DNA of 32,000 nucleotides, taken from positions 360,001 to 392,000 of the forward strand of contig NC_014033.1 of assembly GCF_000025925.1 (NCBI RefSeq). Reading direction: 5' to 3'. Below are positions 10,764-20,014 of this stretch, piece by piece. The notes beneath the pieces were generated by a model. That model was not told the DNA's origin. It searched no databases and saw only the letters and a list, made by a program, of their open reading frames with translations. Numbering within the stretch: the stretch's first letter is position 1; the number at the start of each line of letters is the position of its first letter. The stretch comes from Xylanibacter ruminicola 23. GTDB lineage: Bacteria; Bacteroidota; Bacteroidia; Bacteroidales; Bacteroidaceae. The position numbers and the translations under genes were made by a program.

Positions 10764-10799
10764 GAATCCTCGCCAGTCAGTGGCGGGGATTCTTCAATT
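10764..10799 (+). terminator. Hairpin terminator after glmM
   Basis: GAATCCTCGCC (10764-10774) pairs with GGCGGGGATTC (10782-10792) as an 11-bp stem with a 7-nt loop. The following T tract is weak (TTCAATT). Confidence 0.55.
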
Positions 10800-10825
10800 A
10801 AAATTATACGTTCAACTATAAATTT

Positions 10826-11608
10826 ATGGATTTGGTTTTATATCAAACTGTACTTTATGCAGCATGCCTGGTAAATTTTCTGTTAGCCCTTTTGCTGTTG
10901 TTTAATAACTACGAGTATCGTAAGTACGATATCTATCATCGTAGTTGTAAGATTACAGCCATCAACTATATCAACTTTGCCATAGGTTTCTTTATTCATG
11001 GCTATCTTACGTTGCGTTTTCAGAATCCGGTAGCAGCCTCGGCTCTCAGCGTGTCGTATTTCCACGTTGGTGCTGTTATGTTCAGCTGGAGCCACACCCC
11101 GTTGATGTGCCCCAATTACCTTACCCGCCGGATTGCCATTCGCGATATCTGTATCTTAGGCGTTGGCATCATTACCTATTGGCTGCCAATTGTTATCCCT
11201 GTACTCAGGCCCTATAGCGAGTGGCCGTTTGCCATCTTCTTCCTGCATGGCGTGTATCTGTCGTATATGTTCCTGAGCAACTATTTTAAAACGCAGAACA
11301 GCATTGAGCAAACCACTGTCGAGGCTAACGCTCCCAGTTGGTGGACGCCCGAAACCAAGCGCCGTTTGCTTAGCAAGCACCACTCGTTTATCACAGGTTG
11401 CGTTCTCATCGTTATTTTTGGTTTGGGCAGTATCGCCATTACAGCAGCCTTTCCTACTCAGGTTTGGCCTTACACGCTGCTGTCGGGTGGAGGCATGCTG
11501 GTGTTCTGGTTCCTCTACTATGCCGTCAGCGAGTATGGTGGTGTCATCGAGATTGCCACCTATGCCATGAAGATTAATAGCCTCGACGGTTCGCACCGCC
11601 CGAAATAG
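10826..11608 (+). CDS. Polytopic membrane protein, function unknown
   Basis: 260-aa ORF with about 6-7 hydrophobic segments (e.g. LYAACLVNFLLALLLLF, ICILGVGIITYWLPIVIPVL, GCVLIVIFGLGSIAITAAF). No recognisable motif. Confidence 0.5.
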   Translation: MDLVLYQTVLYAACLVNFLLALLLLFNNYEYRKYDIYHRSCKITAINYINFAIGFFIHGYLTLRFQNPVAASALSVSYFHVGAVMFSWSHTPLMCPNYLTRRIAIRDICILGVGIITYWLPIVIPVLRPYSEWPFAIFFLHGVYLSYMFLSNYFKTQNSIEQTTVEANAPSWWTPETKRRLLSKHHSFITGCVLIVIFGLGSIAITAAFPTQVWPYTLLSGGGMLVFWFLYYAVSEYGGVIEIATYAMKINSLDGSHRPK

Positions 11609-11713
11609 GTGTTCTTTTCTGCCAATGTGTCACATTAACCCGTATTTGGCACGGTTTTGGCAGCTATCATGGCAGAAATAAAAAAGTTTAAACATAAAAA
11701 ATAAAGTAGTATT

Positions 11714-11986
11714 ATGAACATCAAACCATTAGCAGACCGTGTGTTGGTATTGCCAGCACCTGCAGAAGAGAAGATTGGCGGTATTATCATTCCCGACACC
11801 GCAAAAGAGAAGCCACTCCACGGAACCATCAAGGCCGTAGGTCAGGGCACAAAGGATGAGGCTATGATTCTGAAAGAGGGCGACGAGGTGCTCTATGGTA
11901 AGTATAGTGGCACAGAGCTTGAGTTCGAGGGAACCAAGTATTTGATGATGCGCCAGAGCGACGTCTTGGCGATTATTGAAAAATAA
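11714..11986 (+). CDS. groES: Co-chaperonin GroES
   Basis: [12 protein letters not shown]...[13 protein letters not shown]...[13 protein letters not shown]; 90 aa; immediately upstream of groEL. Confidence 0.97.
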   Translation: MNIKPLADRVLVLPAPAEEKIGGIIIPDTAKEKPLHGTIKAVGQGTKDEAMILKEGDEVLYGKYSGTELEFEGTKYLMMRQSDVLAIIEK

Positions 11987-12057
11987 TCGTATTTGACGAT
12001 TGGACAATTTCACGATTTCACAATTTAATAGTCAAATAGTAAATAGTCAAATAGTAA

Positions 12058-13698
<1,641 letters not shown>

Positions 13699-13723
13699 TT
13701 TTGCAAACCTTGCATAACAATTT

Positions 13724-13756
13724 AGGGGATGGATTCTGCAATCCGTCCCCTTTTTT
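13724..13756 (+). terminator. Rho-independent terminator of groESL
   Basis: AGGGGAtGGATT - ctgc - AATCCgTCCCCT followed by TTTTTT (13751-13756). Confidence 0.85.
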
Positions 13757-13797
13757 AGGTATTTTAGCCAAAAAATGCGGTTTTTAATCACAAAATT

Positions 13798-13829
13798 TTT
13801 GCGGGTTACATAAAAACACGCTAATTTTG
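13798..13829 (+). promoter_or_regulatory. Strong Bacteroidetes-type promoter (TTTG-N20-TAATTTTG) with no CDS downstream
   Basis: TTTG at 13798-13801 and TAATTTTG at 13822-13829. The architecture TTTTGCGGGTT...TAATTTTGCAACCGCAAA closely parallels the tRNA-Phe promoter at 18894-18934. Confidence 0.65.
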
Positions 13830-13835
13830 CAACCG

Positions 13836-13927
13836 CAAATAATAATTTTTTTGATTTGTTTTAGTAGATTAGTTTTTAAGTAGTTTGTTTTTCGAGAACC
13901 GGGTGTCGTGATGACAGCCGGTTTTTT
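13836..13927 (+). ncRNA. Candidate small non-coding RNA (~90 nt) bounded by its own promoter and an intrinsic terminator
   Basis: The predicted start is a few nt after the -7 box. The body is AT-rich with no ATG-initiated ORF. The terminator is AACCGGgTGTC - gtgat - GACAgCCGGTT followed by TTTTTT (13897-13927). The sppA promoter lies beyond the terminator, so this is not simply the sppA leader. Confidence 0.4.
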
Positions 13928-13944
13928 GTGTTATTTTTCGTTTA

Positions 13945-13979
13945 TTTGTTGGCTGTATGCAAAAAAGTTGCTATCTTTG
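13945..13979 (+). promoter_or_regulatory. Bacteroidetes-type promoter of sppA
   Basis: TTTG at 13945-13948 and TATCTTTG at 13972-13979, 32 nt upstream of ATG 14012. Confidence 0.6.
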
Positions 13980-14011
13980 CAAACTGTTACGTAACCAATA
14001 AAAGACATTTT

Positions 14012-15808
14012 ATGAAGCAATTCCTGAAAATGACATTGGCCACTATCTGTGGTGTTGTTATCCTCAGTCTGATTACCGGACTGTTCTTCGTTATTTCTTT
14101 GGTAGGCATGGTTGCCAGCGATTCGGCTGCAACTAAGGTCAAGGAAAACTCTGTGTTCGTGCTTAAACTCAGTGGTTCTGTCAACGAGCGTTCTGAAGAG
14201 GGTACACCGTTCGACGATTTCTTAGGCTTAGGCGATACAGGCTCTATGGGTCTCGACGATCTCATTGCCAGCATCCGCAAGGCTAAGGACAACGATGATA
14301 TCAAGGGTATCTATATCCAGGGTGGTTCGGCTGGCTTCGATAGCCCTGCCACAGCCCAGCAGCTGCGCGATGCACTCAAGGACTTCAAGACCAGCGGCAA
14401 GTGGATTGTGGCTTATGCCAATAACTACTCACAGGCCTCGTATTATGTAGCTACCGTTGCCGATAAGATCTACCTTAATGGTCAGGGCTCGGTAGATCTG
14501 CGCGGTCTGGGTGGTAAGAGCGAGTATTATAAGGGATTGTACGATAAGCTTGGCATCAAGTACCAGGTGGCCAAGGTTGGAAAATATAAGAGCTATGTAG
14601 AGAGCAACACCCTTACTGGCATGAGCGATTACGATCGCGAGCAGCGCCAGGCCTACCTGGGTGGTATCTGGAAGTACTGGCTCAAGGAGATGGCCGAGGG
14701 CCGTAAGGTTAAGGCCGACGAGCTCGACAAGCTGGTTAACGATAGCCTGCTGGCATTCACACCTGCCGAGCAGCTCATCAAGAGCAAGCTGGTTGATAAG
14801 GTGCTCTTCCCCGAGGAGATAAAGGCCGAGATTAAAAACCGCCTCAAGCTGGGTAAGAACGATGAGATTAACCAGCTTACCCTGAGCGACATGCTCAACG
14901 TAAAGAGCAAGCAGAAGGAGAATGGCGGTAAGATTGCTGTTTACTATGCCTATGGTAGCATTGTAGATAGCGAGGCCATGAACATGCTCGAAGGCGGTGG
15001 TCACTGCATTGTAGGTAAGACCGTAGCCGACGACCTGCGCAAGCTGGCCGACGACGATGATGTGAAAGCCGTTGTGTTCCGTGTAAACTCAGGTGGTGGT
15101 AGCGCTGTGGCTTCCGAGTATATCCGCCATGCCGTTAAGCTCATCAAGGCCAAGAAGCCCGTTGTAGTATCTATGGGTGGTGCAGCCGCCTCGGGTGGTT
15201 ACTGGATTAGCTCACCTGCCAACTATATCATTGCCGAGCCTACCACTATCACTGGTAGTATTGGTATCTTCGGTCTGATTCCTAACGTCAGCGGTCTGGT
15301 TACCGATAAGTTGGGCATCACCTTCGATGGCGTGAAGACCCACCAGTTTGCCGGTTACGAAACCGAGCTGGTAGCAGGTAAGGACACCCAGGAGATTATG
15401 CGCCAGATGCAGAACTACATCAATCGTGGTTATCAGAATTTCCTGAATGTAGTAGCCGAGGGTCGTGGTCTTAAGCCCGAGCAGGTTAACGAGATAGGTC
15501 AGGGCCGTGTATGGCTGGCCAGCGATGCCCTTGGCATCAAGCTGGTTGACAAGCTGGGTAGCTTGGACGATGCTGTTAAGAAGGCTGCCGAGCTGGCTAA
15601 GCTTCAGGAGTATCACACCGCCGCTTATCCTGCCGAGCCAGGATGGTTCGAGAAGCTCATGAACAAGGAGCCTAAGGGTTCATACCTCGATGGTCAGATT
15701 CGCGAGCTGTTGGGCGATGCCTATCTGCCACTCATGCAGATTCGCAACGATCTCAAGAACAATAGTCGTATGCAGGCACGTATGCTCGACGACATTCGTG
15801 TGAAGTAA
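14012..15808 (+). CDS. sppA: Signal peptide peptidase SppA, 67K type (tandem S49 domains)
   Basis: Start taken at ATG 14012 (MKQFLKMTLATICGVVILSLITGLFFV, an N-terminal TM). The ORF-track start at 13928 would run across the promoter. Two ClpP/S49-like halves are present (IKGIYIQGGSAGF...; VKAVVFRVNSGGGSAVASE...GGAAASGGYWIS). Confidence 0.9.
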   Translation: MKQFLKMTLATICGVVILSLITGLFFVISLVGMVASDSAATKVKENSVFVLKLSGSVNERSEEGTPFDDFLGLGDTGSMGLDDLIASIRKAKDNDDIKGIYIQGGSAGFDSPATAQQLRDALKDFKTSGKWIVAYANNYSQASYYVATVADKIYLNGQGSVDLRGLGGKSEYYKGLYDKLGIKYQVAKVGKYKSYVESNTLTGMSDYDREQRQAYLGGIWKYWLKEMAEGRKVKADELDKLVNDSLLAFTPAEQLIKSKLVDKVLFPEEIKAEIKNRLKLGKNDEINQLTLSDMLNVKSKQKENGGKIAVYYAYGSIVDSEAMNMLEGGGHCIVGKTVADDLRKLADDDDVKAVVFRVNSGGGSAVASEYIRHAVKLIKAKKPVVVSMGGAAASGGYWISSPANYIIAEPTTITGSIGIFGLIPNVSGLVTDKLGITFDGVKTHQFAGYETELVAGKDTQEIMRQMQNYINRGYQNFLNVVAEGRGLKPEQVNEIGQGRVWLASDALGIKLVDKLGSLDDAVKKAAELAKLQEYHTAAYPAEPGWFEKLMNKEPKGSYLDGQIRELLGDAYLPLMQIRNDLKNNSRMQARMLDDIRVK

Positions 15809-15824
15809 AAAAGAAAATAAAGTT

Positions 15825-17009
15825 TTGGAAGGCGATTTCATCAAAATCAATAATAAGCTGCTGGGCCTGGCCTGGTTCTATGGTCTGGGCGTGGGTATCA
15901 GGAATCTGCTGTTCGAGATGGGCATCTTGAAGAGCCGTTCCTTCAGTACCCCCGTTATCTCTGTGGGCAATATCACTGTGGGTGGAACAGGCAAGACCCC
16001 ACATGTTGAGTATCTTATCCGGTTGCTGAAGGGCAAGCATAACGTGGCTGTGCTCAGTCGTGGCTACAAGCGTAAAAGCAGCGGGTTTGTGCTCTCCGAT
16101 AAGGATACCCCCATGCCTATGATAGGCGACGAGCCATTCCAGATGAAACAGAAGTTTCCCGATATCACTGTGGCTGTAGATCGCAAGCGCACCCGTGGTA
16201 TCAGCAAGCTCACTGCCGACGAGAGCGGGTTGGATATCGATGTGGTGCTGCTCGACGATGCTTTCCAGCACCGTTATGTCAAGCCCGGTATCAACATCCT
16301 GCTGGTAGATTACCATCGCCTGGTTATCTACGATCGCCTGCTGCCTGCCGGTCGTTTGCGCGAACCCGTCAAGGCTAAGGACAGAGCCGACATCGTGATT
16401 ATCACCAAGTGCCCCAAGGACCTCAAACCCATGGAGTTCCGTGTCATCACCAAGGCTATGAATCTGTATCCCTATCAGCAGCTGTTCTTCTCAACCTTAG
16501 AGTACGATGCCCCGCGCCCCGTATTTACCAACGAGCCCAATATGGCTCCCGTGGATAGCTTAGAGGCGCTAGCAGGCAAGAATATTCTGCTCCTTACAGG
16601 CATTGCCTCGCCCGAGCAGTTGATGCACGATCTGCAGCAGTATCACTCGCAGATTACACCTCTCACCTTTGGCGATCATCACGACTTCAAACGTAAGGAT
16701 ATCCTGGCCATCAACGAGACCTTTGCCCAGCTGCCTGAACCGCGACTGGTGCTTACCACCGAAAAGGATGCCACGCGCCTGATGGTGGTTGATGGACTTA
16801 CCGACGACGTGAAGCGCCATCTTTATGCGTTACCGCTGCGTATTGCTATCATGCAAGGCCAGCAAAAAGAGTTTAATCAAAAAATTTTAGGATATGTATA
16901 CAAAAATTCAAGAAACAGCATCCTGGCTAAAAGAAAGGATGACCACAAGTCCCAAAACAGCGATAGTACTGGGGACAGGCCTCGGACAATTAGCTTCAGA
17001 AATAACTGA
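15825..17009 (+). CDS. lpxK: Tetraacyldisaccharide 4'-kinase LpxK
   Basis: P-loop VISVGNITVGGTGKTP, preceded by a LAWFYGLGVGIRN helix that aligns with the E. coli LpxK N-terminus. The only start candidate upstream of this region is TTG 15825. The 3' end overlaps the next gene by 116 nt. Confidence 0.82.
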   Translation: MEGDFIKINNKLLGLAWFYGLGVGIRNLLFEMGILKSRSFSTPVISVGNITVGGTGKTPHVEYLIRLLKGKHNVAVLSRGYKRKSSGFVLSDKDTPMPMIGDEPFQMKQKFPDITVAVDRKRTRGISKLTADESGLDIDVVLLDDAFQHRYVKPGINILLVDYHRLVIYDRLLPAGRLREPVKAKDRADIVIITKCPKDLKPMEFRVITKAMNLYPYQQLFFSTLEYDAPRPVFTNEPNMAPVDSLEALAGKNILLLTGIASPEQLMHDLQQYHSQITPLTFGDHHDFKRKDILAINETFAQLPEPRLVLTTEKDATRLMVVDGLTDDVKRHLYALPLRIAIMQGQQKEFNQKILGYVYKNSRNSILAKRKDDHKSQNSDSTGDRPRTISFRNN

Positions 17010-17766
17010 TACTTACGAGTTTCCTTATCAAGATATACCCAACTTCCCTGTGTCAACCGTCGAGGGTCACAAGGGTAAGCTCATTTTTGGTAAGTTAGGT
17101 GGTGTCGACATCATGGCCATGCAGGGCCGTTTCCACTTCTACGAGGGCTACTCTATGAAGGATGTCACCTTCCCCGTTCGCGTCATGTACGAGCTGGGCA
17201 TCACCACCCTGTATGTGTCGAACGCAGCAGGCGGTATGAACCCCCAGTTTAAGATTGGCGACCTGATGATTATCACCGATCACATCAATCTCTTCCCCGA
17301 GCATCCGCTGCGTGGTAAGAACTTCCCCACAGGTCCCCGATTCCCAGATATGCACGAAACCTACGATCACAACCTCATTGCCGAGGCCGACAGCATCGCC
17401 AACGATCTTAATATCCCCGTGCAGCATGGTGTGTATGTAGGCGTTCAGGGCCCCACCTTCGAGACCCCTGCCGAATATAAGATGTATCGCATCTTTGGTG
17501 GCGATGCTGTAGGTATGAGTACCGTACCCGAGGTAATCGTAGCCCACCACTGTGGCATCAAAACCTTTGGTATCTCGGTCATCACCGACCTGGGTGGCTT
17601 CGACGTGCCCGTCGAGGTAAGTCACGAGGAGGTGCAGGAGGCTGCCAACATGGCACAGCCCAAGATGACTGCCATTATGCGCGAGATGATTATCCGAGCC
17701 GAGCGTATCCAGGCTCACAACCAAGACAAGTTTAATACCGATCACCCAACTGAAGGATGGAAATAG
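16894..17766 (+). CDS. punA: Purine nucleoside phosphorylase, trimeric PNP-I (inosine/guanosine) type
   Basis: AIVLGTGLG, MQGRFHFYEGY (the human and B. subtilis enzymes have the same motif) and DAVGMSTVPEV. Confidence 0.9.
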   Translation: MYTKIQETASWLKERMTTSPKTAIVLGTGLGQLASEITDTYEFPYQDIPNFPVSTVEGHKGKLIFGKLGGVDIMAMQGRFHFYEGYSMKDVTFPVRVMYELGITTLYVSNAAGGMNPQFKIGDLMIITDHINLFPEHPLRGKNFPTGPRFPDMHETYDHNLIAEADSIANDLNIPVQHGVYVGVQGPTFETPAEYKMYRIFGGDAVGMSTVPEVIVAHHCGIKTFGISVITDLGGFDVPVEVSHEEVQEAANMAQPKMTAIMREMIIRAERIQAHNQDKFNTDHPTEGWK

Positions 17767-18863
17767 CAAAATTAGGAGAATTCGGTCTTATCGACCGTTT
17801 AACAAAGGATATCGAAATCAAGAACGCCAGCACCGTAAAAGGTGTTGGCGATGATTGCGCCGTACTCAGCTACCCCGATAAGCAGGTACTCGTTACCACC
17901 GATATGCTGATGGAGGGCGTACACTTCGACCTTACTTATATCGACCTCAAGCACCTGGGCTACAAGTCGGCCATGGTAAACATCAGCGATATCTTCGCCA
18001 TGAACGGCACACCCCGTCAGCTCACCGTTTCGCTCGCCATCAGCAAGCGTTTCAGTGTCGAGGATATCGAGGAGTTCTACAGCGGACTGCGCCTGGCCTG
18101 CGATAAGTGGAATGTAGATGTGGTTGGTGGCGACACCACCTCATCCTATACCGGCATGGCCATCAGCATCACCTGTATTGGCGAGGCTGCCAAGGAGGAG
18201 ATTGTGTACCGCAATGGCGCCAAGGATACCGACCTGGTATGCGTAAGTGGCGACCTGGGTGCAGCCTATATGGGCCTGCAGCTCCTTGAGCGCGAAAAGA
18301 ACGTTTACTACGGTCAGATAAACGATCTGCAAAAGAAGATAGCTGAGGCCAAAGCCGCCGGCAACGATGCAAAACTGTCAACTCTCAACTCTCAGCTGTC
18401 AGCTCTCAAGGATTTCCAGCCCGATTTCAGTGGTAAGGAGTATCTGTTGCAGCGCCAGTTGCAGACCGAGGCCCGTGGCGATATCATTCAGAAGCTGCGC
18501 GAGGCAGGCATCCGTCCTACCGCTATGATGGACATCAGCGATGGCCTCTCAAGCGAACTCATGCACATCTGTAAGCAGAGTGGGGTAGGCTGCCGTATCT
18601 ACGAAAAGAATATTCCTATCGACTATCAGACAGCCGTAATGGCCGAAGAAATGAACATGAACGTTACTACTTGCGCCATGAATGGTGGCGAAGATTACGA
18701 ATTATTGTTCACCGTTCCCATCGGCGATCACGAGAAGATTCAGCAGATTGATGGCATTAAACTCATTGGTCACATTACCGACGCAAAATTCGGTCAAATA
18801 CTCGTAACCCGTGATAATCAGGAGTTTGCGTTAAAAGCACAAGGCTGGAACCCTTTGGCATGA
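17757..18863 (+). CDS. thiL: Thiamine-monophosphate kinase ThiL (AIR-synthase-related fold)
   Basis: LGEFGLIDRL, GVGDDCAVL, GGDTTSS and MDISDGLSSEL. The start overlaps the PNP stop by 10 nt. Confidence 0.87.
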   Translation: MEIAKLGEFGLIDRLTKDIEIKNASTVKGVGDDCAVLSYPDKQVLVTTDMLMEGVHFDLTYIDLKHLGYKSAMVNISDIFAMNGTPRQLTVSLAISKRFSVEDIEEFYSGLRLACDKWNVDVVGGDTTSSYTGMAISITCIGEAAKEEIVYRNGAKDTDLVCVSGDLGAAYMGLQLLEREKNVYYGQINDLQKKIAEAKAAGNDAKLSTLNSQLSALKDFQPDFSGKEYLLQRQLQTEARGDIIQKLREAGIRPTAMMDISDGLSSELMHICKQSGVGCRIYEKNIPIDYQTAVMAEEMNMNVTTCAMNGGEDYELLFTVPIGDHEKIQQIDGIKLIGHITDAKFGQILVTRDNQEFALKAQGWNPLA

Positions 18864-18893
18864 AAAAATAAAGTGTTAAAAGGTGTTTAAAAG

Positions 18894-18925
18894 TTTGGCG
18901 GGTTCGAAAAATAGTCGTACCTTTG
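18894..18925 (+). promoter_or_regulatory. Bacteroidetes-type promoter of tRNA-Phe
   Basis: TTTG at 18894-18897, N20, TACCTTTG at 18918-18925, about 48 nt upstream of the tRNA. Confidence 0.65.
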
Positions 18926-18973
18926 CACCCGCAAAACAACGAAAGGATGTTTGCAAAACGAATTTGAAATGTT

Positions 18974-19046
18974 GGTGCCTTAGCTCAGTTGGTAGAGCAT
19001 CGGACTGAAAATCCGTGTGTCCCCGGTTCGATTCCTGGAGGTACCA
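18974..19046 (+). tRNA. tRNA-Phe: tRNA-Phe (anticodon GAA)
   Basis: Cloverleaf folded by hand. Acceptor stem GGTGCCT/AGGTACC with discriminator A, D loop AGCTCAGTTGGTAGAGC, anticodon loop CTGAAAA, variable loop GTGTC, T arm CCCGG-TTCGATT-CCTGG (one C:T mismatch). CCA is not encoded. Confidence 0.95.
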
Positions 19047-19062
19047 CTCCTCCTTTCATTAG

Positions 19063-19096
19063 CCCGGTCTTGTAGTTATCTACAGCCGGGTTTTTT
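19063..19096 (+). terminator. Rho-independent terminator after tRNA-Phe
   Basis: CCCGG(tct)TGTAG - ttat - CTACA(g)CCGGG followed by TTTTTT (19091-19096). Confidence 0.8.
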
Positions 19097-19113
19097 CGTA
19101 TATATACCTAAAA

Positions 19114-19176
19114 TGTTTAATGTTTAATCTTTAATGTTTAATGTTTAATCTTTAATGTTTAATCTTTAATGTTTAA
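19114..19176 (+). repeat. Nine tandem copies of the heptanucleotide T(G/C)TTTAA
   Basis: Read directly: TGTTTAA TGTTTAA TCTTTAA TGTTTAA TGTTTAA TCTTTAA TGTTTAA TCTTTAA TGTTTAA. The array ends 6 nt before ATG 19183. Confidence 0.95.
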
Positions 19177-19182
19177 TGTAAC

Positions 19183-20010
19183 ATGGGCATAGTTATTGGT
19201 ATCGATGTTGGTATTTCAACTACAAAGATTGTTGGAATCAAGAATGGCAAGGTGTCAGCTCCAATCAGCATCACCGCTGCCGATCCTATCACGTCACTTT
19301 TCGGAGCCTTTGGCAAGTATCTGCACGATAATGATATCAATCTGCAGGATGTCGATCAGGTGATGCTCACAGGCGTAGGTGCTGCTTATATCGATCAGCC
19401 CATCTACGGATTGCCCACCGCCAAGAGTCAGGAGTTCGTTGCCGATGGTCTGGGCGCCCGTTTCGAGTCAAAGCTCGATCACACCATCGTTGTGTCAATG
19501 GGTACTGGTACCTCGTTTGTGCGCTGCGATGGCAACGATATGCGCCATATTGGCGGTATTGGCGTGGGTGGTGGTACCTTGGCAGGCTTAGCCCGCATTA
19601 TGCTCAACACCAGCGATATCAAGCAGGTGGCCACCATGGCCAAGCACGGTAACATTCGTAATATCGACCTTACCATTGGCGATATCAGCGCCATCCCCGT
19701 GCCAGGACTCACCATGGATACCACTGCCAGTAACTTTGCCAACGCCCAGAGCGATGCCTCAAAGGAGGATATTGCCGCAGGATTGATCCATATGGTACTG
19801 CAGTCGATAGGCTCAGCCGCCTGGCTCGCCTCTATAGGCAGCGATATACGCGATTTCGTGCTCATAGGCAACCTCTCGCTGCTTCCCCAGTGTAAAGAGG
19901 TGTTCCCCGCCTTAGAAACGCTTTACAACATCCGTTTCCACATCCCCAAGTACTCGCAGTATTGCACCGCCATCGGCGCCGCCCTCGATTACACCGCCAA
20001 CCACAAATAA
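19183..20010 (+). CDS. coaW: Type II (Fumble-family, CoaW-like) pantothenate kinase
   Basis: ASKHA-fold motifs IGIDVGISTTKIV, VSMGTGTSF, IGGIGVGGGTLAGLARIML and NIDLTIGDIS. By my recollection of the sequences, these line up with S. aureus CoaW and eukaryotic PanK motifs (GTGTS, GGIGTGGG, VGDIY). 275 aa. Confidence 0.72.
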   Translation: MGIVIGIDVGISTTKIVGIKNGKVSAPISITAADPITSLFGAFGKYLHDNDINLQDVDQVMLTGVGAAYIDQPIYGLPTAKSQEFVADGLGARFESKLDHTIVVSMGTGTSFVRCDGNDMRHIGGIGVGGGTLAGLARIMLNTSDIKQVATMAKHGNIRNIDLTIGDISAIPVPGLTMDTTASNFANAQSDASKEDIAAGLIHMVLQSIGSAAWLASIGSDIRDFVLIGNLSLLPQCKEVFPALETLYNIRFHIPKYSQYCTAIGAALDYTANHK

Positions 20011-20014
20011 GTAA

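Noticed and set aside
11609-11713. Search for a CIRCE/HrcA operator upstream of groES
   Set aside because: No TTAGCACTC-N9-GAGTGCTAA-like inverted repeat is present. The palindrome that is present (AATGTGTCACATT) is unrelated to CIRCE.
19114-19176. AT-rich repeat array considered as a CRISPR or mini-CRISPR
   Set aside because: The units are 7 bp and contiguous, with no spacers, and no cas genes are present. It is a simple tandem repeat.
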